From: Candidatus Altimarinota bacterium
GTDB taxonomy: Bacteria; Patescibacteriota; Gracilibacteria; UBA1369; GCA-2718715
DNA length: 64,000 nucleotides
Assembly (NCBI GenBank): GCA_041242255.1
Contig: JBESAV010000001.1
Location: 224,001 to 288,000, forward strand
Direction: 5' to 3'
In this document: positions 9,828-19,900 of the stretch, piece after piece
How the letters are laid out: every line of letters begins with the position of its first letter
Position numbering within the stretch: position 1 is the stretch's first letter
Position numbers and translations under genes: made by a program
Notes under the pieces: generated by a model
What the model was told of the DNA's origin: nothing
Database searches by the model: none
The model's input: only the letters and a program-made list of their open reading frames with translations

Positions 9828-11606
9828 ATGACTAAGAAAAACCAAATCTTGCTAATCTTAGCAATAACATTGTCTGTACCACTTTTAATCGTAGCAACTC
9901 TCTTTGCTGCTACTTTCCATTTCAACGGTAAAACAATCCCCTCTCAAAAATATTTAGATAAAAATATTTCGGGACTATCATATCAAGAGCTAAATTCTAA
10001 ACTTTCATTATTAGATAATAAGCTTAACCAAACTCAAGCAACTTTAGTTCATGAAGATGAAAGTACTAAAGTATTTCTAGAGGAACTTATTCAAGACCCT
10101 TCACACGAAGAAGTTTTAAAATCAACATTATTCTATAAAGGTAGACCAACTATAGCTCAGCTCCTTAAAGACTCATTCAATTCCCAAAAATATTATCCAA
10201 ATATTGAGCTCGACCAGTCACAGGCCACAGAGGCTATCTCTAGCAAGCTACAAAACCTAACACCGACACTTAACGCATCTATTGATAAAAATGGGCAGAT
10301 AATTGATTCTCAGGATGGTTTATCCATCGATATGGAAAATTTACAAAACCAACTAGAAAATTATCTTACAAAAAAAGATATTATCAACGTTGATACAATT
10401 AGTACCCAAGCAGAAGTTACATCAAAAGACTTGTCTCCTTTTCAAGCAAACATAGATTATCTTAAAGAAAATTCTCTCACACTTCTCATATCAGACAAAG
10501 AATATGAGCTATCTCTATTCGACAATCTAGATCAAATAGAATTTTCCAGAGACGAAAATGAGTCGATCCAAGTAAATCTATCTACAGATTTCATTACTAA
10601 CTACTTAAATAGAGTTGTAAGACCTGACATAAAAATAGAACCAGGAAAATTAACTCTTACTTATAACGAAGAGACTGAGAAAGTAGACTTTGAATCCGAT
10701 TCAACCAAGGGTGTAGATTTAAATGTCGAAGGAAGCATTGATGCAGTTAATCTAGCAATCCAAAGCCAAATCTTCTCCGCCCAGCAAAATCCAATATACC
10801 TATCGACAATTGATCTTGAGCCAACTCTTGAAATTGACCCAGTCTTAAAAGAGCAAGGAGTAACAGAGCTAATCGAAACTGGTTATACGACTTTTAGAGG
10901 ATCAACTTACAATAGGATTACCAACATAAATGTAGGGATGGCTACCTTCAACGGGCTAATTATTCAGCCAGACGAAGAGTTCTCTTTCAATGAAAACCTT
11001 GGTCCTGTAGATGCATCGACTGGATACGTTCCTGAACTAGTAATCAAATCAATTGGAACAATCCCTGAGTACGGGGGAGGTTTATGCCAAGTATCAAGCA
11101 CAATGTATAGAGCTGCCTTAATGTCAGGTCTTGAGATAACTGAACGCGACAACCATTCTTATGCAGTAAGTTATTATGCTCAAGTTCTAGGTCATGGGTT
11201 AGACGCTACAATCTATCCAGGAGTTAAAGATCTTAAATTTATAAACAACACTGGCTACCCAATTGTTGTTCAAGCTTATGCAGAAGGGACATCCGCTTAC
11301 TTTAAATTCTATGGAACTAAACACATTGATAGAGTAGAGCTAGTTGGTCCAGTTAATTCTAATTATAGAAGTCCAGGTCCTCAAAGTGTTACAGTAAATC
11401 CAAATCTGCCTGCAGGAACAGTAAAAGTTATGGATAACCCAGTAACAGGATTCGACTCATACTGGCAAAGAATCATCTACGATAAAGACAACAATAAAAC
11501 AACTGAAGATATATTCTCTGACTACAGAGCAGTAAATAGCAAGTTAGTAGTCAGCCCTGACTATTACGATACTAAAGAAGAACCAAGTACACCAGAATCT
11601 ATCTAG
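9828..11606 (+). CDS. VanW family protein with N-terminal anchor and peptidoglycan-binding-like region
   Basis: FSFNENLG, GGGLCQVSSTMY, ERDNHS, GLDATI and DLKFIN motifs. Confidence 0.9.
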   Translation: MTKKNQILLILAITLSVPLLIVATLFAATFHFNGKTIPSQKYLDKNISGLSYQELNSKLSLLDNKLNQTQATLVHEDESTKVFLEELIQDPSHEEVLKSTLFYKGRPTIAQLLKDSFNSQKYYPNIELDQSQATEAISSKLQNLTPTLNASIDKNGQIIDSQDGLSIDMENLQNQLENYLTKKDIINVDTISTQAEVTSKDLSPFQANIDYLKENSLTLLISDKEYELSLFDNLDQIEFSRDENESIQVNLSTDFITNYLNRVVRPDIKIEPGKLTLTYNEETEKVDFESDSTKGVDLNVEGSIDAVNLAIQSQIFSAQQNPIYLSTIDLEPTLEIDPVLKEQGVTELIETGYTTFRGSTYNRITNINVGMATFNGLIIQPDEEFSFNENLGPVDASTGYVPELVIKSIGTIPEYGGGLCQVSSTMYRAALMSGLEITERDNHSYAVSYYAQVLGHGLDATIYPGVKDLKFINNTGYPIVVQAYAEGTSAYFKFYGTKHIDRVELVGPVNSNYRSPGPQSVTVNPNLPAGTVKVMDNPVTGFDSYWQRIIYDKDNNKTTEDIFSDYRAVNSKLVVSPDYYDTKEEPSTPESI

Positions 11607-12378
11607 ATTGGTAAAGGGGGTCCTCCCCTTTTTTTCTTTTTATATCAACAATTTTCTGTTTAGCCTCCTCATTATATGGGTTACTGTCTAGGTAAGCTTG
11701 CATGAAAGCAATTCCTTCATCCCAAGCTTTAACTTCCATAAGTAAGTTAGTTATATAAAAATACATATCATCATTCTCAGGGTTTATTTCTAGCGCCCTC
11801 GAGAAGTTATTTATAGCTTCTCTATAATCTTTCGTATCAACACAAATCTGACCAAGGCTAACATATCTACTCTCTTTAGGATCAATATTCAAAGCTTTAC
11901 GGTAATAAACTTTAGCTTCCTCCAAGAAGTTTTGATTATACAAACTCAAAGCCAAGTTACTAAAGTAAACTGCGTTTCTAGGTTTAAGTTTAGTTAAAAG
12001 CCTATAAATAGCCTCTGCTTTAGAAGGCATATCTTTCTTCAAATAGATAAGTCCAAGTTTATTATTAGCTACCTCGTGATCCGGATCAATCGCCAAAGCT
12101 TGAACATAAATTTTACTCGCTTCGTCCAATAAATCTTTACTATACAGTATTTCCGCCTGACTAATAAGCTTGTTTAGTTTTGCATAGTCAATCGCACTCT
12201 TCCTTATGTTAGAAGGAGTGTAGTCATCTTCATTATTCATAACATCCTCTTTGAAAGTTGATGCAGTTTTCCGCTCTGCTCTAACCTTTATCTTGTTTTT
12301 TTGTTGTTGTTCTTTAAATCTAATCACAAAAATCCCTACTATCCCAATCACTGATCCGATTATTAGTACCCAAAGCAT
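11599..12378 (-). CDS. Membrane-anchored tetratricopeptide-repeat protein
   Basis: N-terminal TM followed by TPR-like units (ALAIDP, ALNIDP, ALEINP). Confidence 0.85.
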   Translation of the reverse strand: MLWVLIIGSVIGIVGIFVIRFKEQQQKNKIKVRAERKTASTFKEDVMNNEDDYTPSNIRKSAIDYAKLNKLISQAEILYSKDLLDEASKIYVQALAIDPDHEVANNKLGLIYLKKDMPSKAEAIYRLLTKLKPRNAVYFSNLALSLYNQNFLEEAKVYYRKALNIDPKESRYVSLGQICVDTKDYREAINNFSRALEINPENDDMYFYITNLLMEVKAWDEGIAFMQAYLDSNPYNEEAKQKIVDIKRKKGEDPLYQSR

Positions 12379-12387
12379 GTGTATATA

Positions 12388-13107
12388 TTAATTAGAGACC
12401 ATATTACTGACTAGTCGAATCACACGCAAGAGTAAAACCTCTATAGCCAGCTTAAAATTAACATTTGCCTTCACATCATCCAAGCACCTCTGCGCCAATA
12501 TAACTACATCAGCATATTCACTCTCACCTTTTATCAATTTTTCCCTACTAAATATTATAAGTTCGTCCAAAATCTCCACTGCTTCTTCCCTATTCTCAAT
12601 CCTACCTGCAAAGTCTATAACCTCAGCTTCATTCGCAATCGAGCCTAAGATTTCCTCAATCCTATCTGTGTTCTTCAATGTCTCTGACTTAATCTCAAAA
12701 CCTCTACATCTAGATATAATAGTATCCAATACATTATTCTTATTCCTACATCCCAAAAAAAATACAACTCCTCTGGGAGGCTCCTCTAATATTTTAAGCA
12801 TTGAGTTAACAGCTGGTATGCTAAGTCTCTCTATATTTTCGATATAACAGGTTTTATAAATAGACTGGCTACTCAGCATCATCTGATTTTGGATTAGTCG
12901 AAGTTCTTTTACTCCAAACTTATCACCTTCATCTAGGCATTCAATATTATCAGTTACATCAATTTTTCCATTCTGCAAAACCTTCACTGCTTTTCTAACA
13001 GTCTCCCTTACTTCATCTTTTTGCCCTGATATCAAATAAGCATGACTACTCTGATCAGACTTTACTTCAAGTGTAAATCTCTTTAAGACTGTATCAGTTG
13101 TGGACAT
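12388..13107 (-). CDS. holB: DNA polymerase III delta-prime-like subunit
   Basis: SHAYLISG, NSMLKILEEPP and TIISRC motifs. Likely start is MSTTD at 13107. Confidence 0.8.
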   Translation of the reverse strand: MSTTDTVLKRFTLEVKSDQSSHAYLISGQKDEVRETVRKAVKVLQNGKIDVTDNIECLDEGDKFGVKELRLIQNQMMLSSQSIYKTCYIENIERLSIPAVNSMLKILEEPPRGVVFFLGCRNKNNVLDTIISRCRGFEIKSETLKNTDRIEEILGSIANEAEVIDFAGRIENREEAVEILDELIIFSREKLIKGESEYADVVILAQRCLDDVKANVNFKLAIEVLLLRVIRLVSNMVSN

Positions 13108-13155
13108 TTCAGATTTGATTATAATACGTATATATATGATATAACCTTTCAGAAA

Positions 13156-13833
13156 ATGAACAATCAAAAGGTGTTTACATTGTTTCTGATAGCTTCTCTA
13201 CTAACCCTTACAGGTTGCCAGATGGAAAAGACTATACAGAATTATGACAGTGATCAACCCGCTAGCCAACCAGTAGAAACTAACCTAACCACAATGGAAA
13301 GAGCAGAACAAATGATGCAACTTGAGCCAACTGCATACGCAACAATCAAAACCAATAAAGGTGATATGAAGTTCAAACTATTCGGCGAACAAACTCCAGA
13401 ACTAACCAAAAACTTCATAGAACTAGCTAAGGAAGGTAAATATGAAAATGTCCCTTTTCATAGAGTTATGAAGGATTTCATGGTTCAAACAGGTGATTTC
13501 GAAAGAAAAGACGGTACCGGTGGACACTCATATAAAGGAGAAGGAACAACACTCGGTGATGAGTATCACGAAAGCCTAGTTCATGTTTACGGAGCATTAG
13601 CTAATGCTAAAAGCTTCCTACCAAACTCAATTGGAAGCCAATTTTATATCGTTAACAATGAAGATGGAGCCCACATGTTAGATGATAGATACAGCGTTTT
13701 CGGACTTCTAATGGAAGGAGAAGACGTTCTTGAAGAGATATCAAACGTAGAAGTTACCTCAAACAGTGGAGGAGAAATGTCACGTCCAACTGAAGAGATT
13801 ATTATGGAGTCAGTAGAAATAGAAGAACTATAA
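13156..13833 (+). CDS. Cyclophilin-type peptidyl-prolyl isomerase, lipoprotein
   Basis: FHRVMKDFMVQTGD, GSQFYI and YSVFG motifs, with an LTGC lipobox. Confidence 0.92.
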   Translation: MNNQKVFTLFLIASLLTLTGCQMEKTIQNYDSDQPASQPVETNLTTMERAEQMMQLEPTAYATIKTNKGDMKFKLFGEQTPELTKNFIELAKEGKYENVPFHRVMKDFMVQTGDFERKDGTGGHSYKGEGTTLGDEYHESLVHVYGALANAKSFLPNSIGSQFYIVNNEDGAHMLDDRYSVFGLLMEGEDVLEEISNVEVTSNSGGEMSRPTEEIIMESVEIEEL

Positions 13834-13841
13834 TAAAAATT

Positions 13842-13875
13842 AAAGCACTGAACAAATGAAGTTTAGTGCTTTTTT
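13842..13875 (+). terminator. Intrinsic terminator after the cyclophilin gene
   Basis: AAAGCACTGAAC..GTTTAGTGCTTT stem followed by a T-run. Confidence 0.6.
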
Positions 13876-13955
13876 GATATAAATAAAAAACGTCCAGTAT
13901 AACCCGGACGTTCTAACCCAACAAACATGTGCCTATAAAAGGCTACACGAGTATA

Positions 13956-14309
13956 CTATTTTAAAGTATCTTTTGCTAGTTTTTCGAAAGCAGCATTATG
14001 ATTCAATGCAAGATCAGCTAAAACTTTTCTGTTCAAAGTAATACCTTCTTTCTTTAGGCCATTCATAAACCTACTGTAGCTAAACTTAGCATCGATTTGC
14101 TTCAAACCAGCAGAGATTCTAGAAATCCAAAGTTGTCTGAAATCTCTCTTTTTTAGTTTTCTACCTTTGTAAGCATTTTGACCAGCTTTCATCCATGCTT
14201 GTACAGCTTGATTATAAACCTTCGATCTAAGACCTCTATATCCTTTGGTCTGCTTTAGTATTTTTTTATGTCTTCTTCTGGTTGTAAAACCACCTTTTAC
14301 TCTAGTCAT
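13956..14309 (-). CDS. rplT: 50S ribosomal protein L20
   Basis: [19 protein letters not shown] and [10 protein letters not shown] motifs; lies in the infC-rpmI-rplT operon. Confidence 0.97.
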   Translation of the reverse strand: MTRVKGGFTTRRRHKKILKQTKGYRGLRSKVYNQAVQAWMKAGQNAYKGRKLKKRDFRQLWISRISAGLKQIDAKFSYSRFMNGLKKEGITLNRKVLADLALNHNAAFEKLAKDTLK

Positions 14310-14328
14310 TTTTCTTTGTATTTAATTA

Positions 14329-14523
14329 TTATCCGTGAGGTAGTGATCTTTTTAAGCTTTTCAGTCTTCCTTTGAAAGCTTCCATGTAACCTCTATTTTT
14401 TGATCTTTTAGACTTGTTTTTTAATAGATGATGATTGTTTGCATTATCAAACATCTTTTTTCCTTTACCGCCTTTAGTAGTCTTAACTCTTTTAGCAACG
14501 GCTTTTCTTGTTTTTTGCTTCAT
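14329..14523 (-). CDS. rpmI: 50S ribosomal protein L35
   Basis: MKQKTRKAVAKR..HLLKNKSKR; sits between infC and rplT. Confidence 0.9.
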   Translation of the reverse strand: MKQKTRKAVAKRVKTTKGGKGKKMFDNANNHHLLKNKSKRSKNRGYMEAFKGRLKSLKRSLPHG

Positions 14524-14544
14524 TTTATCAAATTTAACTTAGTT

Positions 14545-15051
14545 TTATTTAGGTGCCATTATCATCATCAACTTGCTCCCTTGTTTCTTTGGAGCGGTGT
14601 CAATTGTAGCAACATCCTTTAATTCGTCAACAAATTTATCAAACTTCTCGTATCCAAGCTCAGTGTGAGCATGCTCTCTTCCTTTGAAGATTAATGAGAA
14701 TTTCACTAGGTTTCCATCCTCCAAAAATTTCTTAGCTTGCTTAATCTTCGTTTGCATATCATGCTCCCCTATTCTTAAAGAAATTCTAATCCCTTTTACT
14801 TCTGTCTGCTTTTGAGCTTTCTTTTGTTTTTTCTCAGCTTTCTTCTGCTCGTACAAATGCTTACCATAGTCCATAATTCTACAAACTGGTGGTTTCGCTT
14901 TTGGAGATACTTCTACTAGATCTAAACCAGCTTCTTCAGCCAATTCTCTAGCTTTATCTATCCCAACAATTCCTAACTGTTCTCCTTCTACATCTATAAG
15001 TCTAACAGCAGGCGCTTTAGTAATTTCTTCATTGATCCTGAATTCTTTAAT
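14545..15051 (-). CDS. infC: Translation initiation factor IF-3 (ATT start)
   Basis: The frame extends upstream of the ORF-track start through IKEFRINEEI..VRLID.EGEQLG to ATT at 15051, with an in-frame TAA six codons further upstream. Contains LDLVEVSP..PPVCRIMDYGK. Confidence 0.93.
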   Translation of the reverse strand: MKEFRINEEITKAPAVRLIDVEGEQLGIVGIDKARELAEEAGLDLVEVSPKAKPPVCRIMDYGKHLYEQKKAEKKQKKAQKQTEVKGIRISLRIGEHDMQTKIKQAKKFLEDGNLVKFSLIFKGREHAHTELGYEKFDKFVDELKDVATIDTAPKKQGSKLMMIMAPK

Positions 15052-15101
15052 ACTTAAAGGGTTATATTATAATTTAAAAACGGGTTGCTTAAGGCATCCG
15101 A

Positions 15102-15130
15102 ATAATACGTTTAAGAGCTAAAAGTGTCAA
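15102..15130 (-). promoter_or_regulatory. Sigma70-type promoter of infC-rpmI-rplT
   Basis: Minus strand reads TTGACA, 17 bp spacer, TATTAT. Confidence 0.65.
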
Positions 15131-15161
15131 CTTTCTTTTGACTTCATAAATCTACTGTTAA

Positions 15162-15779
15162 TTAGTACCCAACTCTACCAACTAAAGCTCTTTTCAGAGT
15201 TAATTCATCCGTGTAGTCAAGATTTCCACCAACAGGAAGACCACTTGCAATTCTAGATATTTTTACATGATCATCATTCTTGAACATTTCTGATATATAT
15301 ACAGCGGTTGCCTCCCCTTCACTACTGGTACTTGTTGCAAGTATTATTTCACTATCTTCAATTCTTTCACTCAAGCGTTTTTTAAGCTCTTTTAGTTTAA
15401 TCTCATTTGGACCAACTCCATCTAAAGGTGAAAGCGCTCCATGTAAGACATGATAAACACCATTGAATTCATTAGTATTCTCAATCGCGATTAAGTCTAA
15501 TACTTCCTCTACAACACATACTAAATTTTCATTACGATTCGGATTTGCACATACTTTACACAAACTTTCCTCACAAAGGTTAAAGCAGCTTTTGCAAAAT
15601 TTAATGTTTTCAACAATTCCAGATATTGATTTTGATAGTCTGTTTACGTCATCAGGATCTTGTCTAAGTAGATGAAAAGCTAGTCTTTGTGCTGACTTTC
15701 TCCCTATTGTCGGCAGCTTATTCAAATCGTCAATTAAGCTTACAATCGCCTCTGGCAAAAACCTATCATTTAAGCTCAT
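15162..15779 (-). CDS. recR: Recombination mediator RecR
   Basis: LPTIGRKSAQRLAF, a C4 zinc finger, CVVEE, YHVLHG and RIASGLPVG. Confidence 0.97.
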   Translation of the reverse strand: MSLNDRFLPEAIVSLIDDLNKLPTIGRKSAQRLAFHLLRQDPDDVNRLSKSISGIVENIKFCKSCFNLCEESLCKVCANPNRNENLVCVVEEVLDLIAIENTNEFNGVYHVLHGALSPLDGVGPNEIKLKELKKRLSERIEDSEIILATSTSSEGEATAVYISEMFKNDDHVKISRIASGLPVGGNLDYTDELTLKRALVGRVGY

Positions 15780-15886
15780 AAAGTAATTTTAAGTAATCAA
15801 ATTCTACATCTCTAAATTTTAAACTCAAAACTTTTTAATTTCTATTAAACCAAATTATATAAATTATTATTATCTAACCAAGTATC

Positions 15887-17320
15887 ATGCTCCGATCTTT
15901 AGCTATGCAAGATAATAAATATAAAGTCATACATATAGATTTTAATACTCTAAAAGGTTTTCCAGATTTTAATATAGCTGGACTAAAGACATCGCTTGCA
16001 AATGAGATTAAATATAAGTTTAAATCCCAAATAATATCTGCTGGTTTCAAGTACCCACCCATACGAAAAATAGCAAGTTTCCATCCCTCTAGTTTATCCG
16101 CTCAAGCTCAACTACTAGAGGTATCAGCGCTTTTAGGGTTCTTGATTAAAACAAATCAAATTAAATATAAGCCACAGCAGGACACTCTATTTGTAGGAAG
16201 TCTAGATTTACATGGCCGTTCCTTAAAAGCACATTTAGATGAAAAGCTTCTCAGCTCTGCAAAAGAACATGGGTTTAAAAATCTGTTCATGCCCAAAGCA
16301 AATCTTTCTGATTGGATTACATATAAAGGGTTAAATATTATAGCTTATAGCTCACTGAAGGATCTGATCGTTAAATTAGAAAAATACAATTATCAAATAC
16401 CAATCGAAAAATTATCCAGCAAGGAACAAAATAGTTTTGATCAAATAGTTAATAACTACTTCGCCAAAAAATTAATTGTTCTAGGAGTCGGTTCATTCTC
16501 AAATACTTTAGTAGTAGGCGAACCTGGTGTTGGAAAGACTTTATTACTAGATTCTATTCGAGAAATACTTCCTATTCCTACAAGTTTTTACAAGAGACAG
16601 ATCATGACAGACAAGAGTCAACATCCCTTCTATCAGTTCGATAGTGCCATGACAAAGACTGACATACTTGCGTCAAAAGAAGGGCTGTCTTTGTACGAAA
16701 AAGCTAATGTCGGAGTAGTAGGGGTGAATGAATTTAATCAACTTTCCAAGAAAGTTTTAGAGCTTTTTAAGTCTTCCCTCGACGATAAAAGTATTAACTA
16801 TAAAGGTAACAAGTTATCTAGCTTGCATGCCTTTGTAGCTACAATGAATCCTTGCAAATGTGGCTATTCAAACTCTAAAAATTATAAATGTATCTGTAAT
16901 GATTATTCCAAAAAACAGTTTATTCAAAAGTTAGGGTTGCCATTACTAGACAGATTCGACTTGTTCATCGATTTCAATTCAACCTCTAACCCCTATGCTC
17001 TTTCAAAAACCAAACAAGAGTCATCCTCAGCCACAAACCAGATAGCTAAACTCTTCGATTGGCAGTCCAAAAATGGATTCATTACTAAAAAAACATACCA
17101 AGACCTTTCAGGTCTACTTACTGAGAAATCACGCACACTTCTTGAGTTTAGTGCAGGTAAACTTTCGATGAGCATGCGTCGCAAAGTTAAAACTATGAGG
17201 TTGTCTCTAGCCATATCAATTCTTCAAGACAAAGAGGTAATTTTACCTGAACATATTTATGAAGCTTTAACCTATCAAAAATTCTACTATGACCTACTTG
17301 AGAAAAAAGATGCTAGGTAG
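15887..17320 (+). CDS. comM: Divergent ComM/YifB (Mg-chelatase-like AAA+) helicase
   Basis: G-x-P-x-F-x-I-x-GL N-terminus, Walker A GEPGVGKT, ATMNPCKCG..CIC and PLLDRFD; adjacent to yraN. Confidence 0.75.
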   Translation: MLRSLAMQDNKYKVIHIDFNTLKGFPDFNIAGLKTSLANEIKYKFKSQIISAGFKYPPIRKIASFHPSSLSAQAQLLEVSALLGFLIKTNQIKYKPQQDTLFVGSLDLHGRSLKAHLDEKLLSSAKEHGFKNLFMPKANLSDWITYKGLNIIAYSSLKDLIVKLEKYNYQIPIEKLSSKEQNSFDQIVNNYFAKKLIVLGVGSFSNTLVVGEPGVGKTLLLDSIREILPIPTSFYKRQIMTDKSQHPFYQFDSAMTKTDILASKEGLSLYEKANVGVVGVNEFNQLSKKVLELFKSSLDDKSINYKGNKLSSLHAFVATMNPCKCGYSNSKNYKCICNDYSKKQFIQKLGLPLLDRFDLFIDFNSTSNPYALSKTKQESSSATNQIAKLFDWQSKNGFITKKTYQDLSGLLTEKSRTLLEFSAGKLSMSMRRKVKTMRLSLAISILQDKEVILPEHIYEALTYQKFYYDLLEKKDAR

Positions 17321-17678
17321 TTTAGGAGAATTCATCTTAAAAAAGTATTTTATTTCAAAGGGGTTCAGCCTCATATACCAAGGTTATCAAACTAAGTTCG
17401 GTGAAATAGATTTAATATTCTCATCATCTCAAACACTATACTTCGTAGAATCCAAGTTAACTACTAGTTCACTAAGCTCGAGTTATTCAGCCTGGCATAA
17501 AAAACAATCACAAAATTTGTATAAGGCAGCTCAATTATTTCTTAAAAAAGAACAAATCTACAGAAATAACAGCATTCAAGTTTTATTCTCAGAGCTAAAT
17601 TTCTCTCAAAAAGATTACATAACTTGGAACATCTATCCTGTAGATATAAATAAAAAATTTTTAAAAAGAGCGATTTGA
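17289..17678 (+). CDS. yraN: YraN family PD-(D/E)xK nuclease
   Basis: G-x-x-GE, GEIDLI and YFVESK motifs. Confidence 0.75.
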   Translation: MTYLRKKMLGSLGEFILKKYFISKGFSLIYQGYQTKFGEIDLIFSSSQTLYFVESKLTTSSLSSSYSAWHKKQSQNLYKAAQLFLKKEQIYRNNSIQVLFSELNFSQKDYITWNIYPVDINKKFLKRAI

Positions 17679-17762
17679 ACACACTTTCCTTTCGATTCAA
17701 CAATATATAAATCCATACTTTTTCAATCAGACTAAATTTATGTTATCTTACAGAAAAAATAA

Positions 17763-19229
17763 ATGTCTCAACTTAAGATACCACCACATTCAGTCGAGGC
17801 TGAAAAGTCTACCTTAGGATCAATATTAGTTGATCAAGATTCTTTAATTAAAGTAGTAGACCTAGTTGCAGCTGACGATTTTTATGATAAATCAAATGCC
17901 GCCATTTACGAGGCCATAGTAGATCTTTTCAACAAAAGAACTACTATCGATATTATTACGATAAGTACTCTCCTATCCGATCAAGGGAAGCTAGATCAAA
18001 TTGGAGGGACAGCTTATATTGCCAGCTTGGCAGATGAAGTTCCGACTTCCTCACACATTTTTCAGTACGCAACAATTGTTAAGAGAAAAGCTACTCTCCG
18101 AAAGCTACTTAAGGCCGGGCACAGCATCACAAGCCTAGGTTATGATGAGGCTTCAGACGTTGAAGACCTATTAGAAGAAGCTGAGAAGTCACTTTTTTCA
18201 GTATCACAGACTTTTGTAAAAGATAAGTTCGTTCACATTAAAGATGTCCTAACTTCTACATACGAAAAGATTGCTGACCTCCATGATCCAGAAAACAAGG
18301 ATAATTATGCGGGTATACCAACCGGTTTTGCCGGATTAGACAAAATAACAACAGGATTACATCCATCAGATTTAATTATTCTAGCGGCTAGACCTGCCAT
18401 GGGTAAAACATCCTTTGCTCTAAACATTGCGCAAAACATAGCCAAGCAAAACAAGTCAGTTGGTATTATTTCCCTAGAGATGTCAAAAGAGCAATTAGTT
18501 GAAAGGTTGTTCTGTTCACTTCTAGAAGTAGATTCATGGAAGATAAAAACAGGTAAACTCGCAGAGAATGATTTTGCTAGAATTGGTCCAGTAATGGATC
18601 AGCTTAATAATTTAAAGATTTTCATTGATGACTCCCTTGGGAATTCAATTGTAGAGCTGCGTGCAAAGACAAGAAGACTTCAAATGGAGCATGGATTAGA
18701 TGTTTTAGTTATTGACTACCTGCAGCTTATGCAAGGTTCTAAAGCCAATTTCGGTAACAGGGTTCAAGAAATATCTGAGATTTCTAGATCTTTAAAGTCA
18801 TTAGCTCGTGAAATGCATATCCCAATAATTGCACTTTCACAGCTTTCTCGTGCTGTTGAGTCCCGTCCAGAAAAAATCCCACAACTTTCTGATCTTCGTG
18901 AATCTGGTGCGATCGAGCAGGATGCAGATATTGTAATGATGCTTTACCGTGAAGATTACTACGACGAAAGCACTGACCGGAAAGGTATCACTGATTTGTT
19001 TATCCGAAAGCACAGGCATGGTCCGGTTGGTCAGGTCGAGTTAAGGTTTGATATGGCTAAGATGAGGTTTTACGATCTAATAACCAACAGACAAGCTCCA
19101 CCTGGTATTCCAAACAACCCAATCCAAAGGCCATCTCAGCCTATTTCTGCACCTAGTCCGGCTAGTCACAATCAACCACAGCCAGCCCAGTCTAAAGGAC
19201 CATCCAAAACCTTTATGCCAGACTTCTAA
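17763..19229 (+). CDS. dnaB: Replicative DNA helicase
   Basis: PPHSVEAE, AARPAMGKT, IDYLQLM, LSQLSR and DLRESGAIEQDAD. No intein. Confidence 0.98.
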   Translation: MSQLKIPPHSVEAEKSTLGSILVDQDSLIKVVDLVAADDFYDKSNAAIYEAIVDLFNKRTTIDIITISTLLSDQGKLDQIGGTAYIASLADEVPTSSHIFQYATIVKRKATLRKLLKAGHSITSLGYDEASDVEDLLEEAEKSLFSVSQTFVKDKFVHIKDVLTSTYEKIADLHDPENKDNYAGIPTGFAGLDKITTGLHPSDLIILAARPAMGKTSFALNIAQNIAKQNKSVGIISLEMSKEQLVERLFCSLLEVDSWKIKTGKLAENDFARIGPVMDQLNNLKIFIDDSLGNSIVELRAKTRRLQMEHGLDVLVIDYLQLMQGSKANFGNRVQEISEISRSLKSLAREMHIPIIALSQLSRAVESRPEKIPQLSDLRESGAIEQDADIVMMLYREDYYDESTDRKGITDLFIRKHRHGPVGQVELRFDMAKMRFYDLITNRQAPPGIPNNPIQRPSQPISAPSPASHNQPQPAQSKGPSKTFMPDF

Positions 19230-19296
19230 AAAAGCAAAAATCATTTTGACTTTTACCAAAGTTTTTCATATATTTATGCCACTTTGACATACAGAA

Positions 19297-19372
19297 GCCA
19301 CCTTAGCTCAGCTGGTAGAGCAACGGTTTTGTAAACCGTGGGTCATCGGTTCGACTCCGATAGGTGGCTCCA
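19297..19372 (+). tRNA. tRNA-Thr(TGT)
   Basis: GCCACCT/AGGTGGC acceptor stem, ACGGT-TTTGTAA-ACCGT anticodon arm, TTCGA T-loop and encoded CCA. Confidence 0.95.
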
Positions 19373-19379
19373 TTTATAT

Positions 19380-19464
19380 GGGTAGGTAGCGAAGTGGTCA
19401 AACGCATCGGACTGTAAATCCGCCGGCTACGCCTTCGGGGGTTCGAATCCCTCCCTGCCCACCA
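19380..19464 (+). tRNA. tRNA-Tyr(GTA)
   Basis: GGGTAGG/CCTGCCC acceptor stem, CTGTAAA anticodon loop, long variable arm and CCA. Confidence 0.95.
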
Positions 19465-19560
19465 TTTTCTACTCTTAAAGTAGGTTTTTTGTCGTGCCCT
19501 TCCCAAAAATATTGATTATTTCTTACTTTAGCATTAAAATTTCTGCAAATAATTCAATAT

Positions 19561-19899
19561 ATGTCATATCTAATCCGCTTAGTTCTATTTGGATCACTAC
19601 TAGCAGCAATCTTTCTAATTGTTTCATCTTTTGAAGATCAAAATTCAATCTTCGTTGAGAATACAAGTGAGTCTGGAGTGCTATTTATGAATGGACTATA
19701 TCAACCAGGTGATAGCTACTGTTTCACTCCTGAAAATGGACAAAGCTACAACATAGCTTTAAGCCGCGATAACACCAGGCAAAACATTCAAGTATCCAAA
19801 AATACCGAAATCACAATAAGCTCTTCAGAAGGAGAAGATCTTGGTCTTAGAGTAAGAACCATTTCAGACAAAGACTTAGAAAGTAATCTTTGTAACTAG
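19561..19899 (+). CDS. Hypothetical exported or membrane-anchored protein
   Basis: N-terminal hydrophobic helix and two Cys; no family recognised. Confidence 0.6.
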   Translation: MSYLIRLVLFGSLLAAIFLIVSSFEDQNSIFVENTSESGVLFMNGLYQPGDSYCFTPENGQSYNIALSRDNTRQNIQVSKNTEITISSSEGEDLGLRVRTISDKDLESNLCN

Positions 19900-19900
19900 T

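Noticed and set aside
12388-13107. holB as a pseudogene because it lacks Walker A
   Set aside because: Delta-prime is non-catalytic and commonly degenerate; the ORF and its SRC motif are intact.
17763-19229. Intein or intron in dnaB or the tRNA genes
   Set aside because: All are of normal length with contiguous motifs.
19303-19506. 67-aa minus-strand ORF (also 25109-25297)
   Set aside because: Antisense shadows of tRNA genes.
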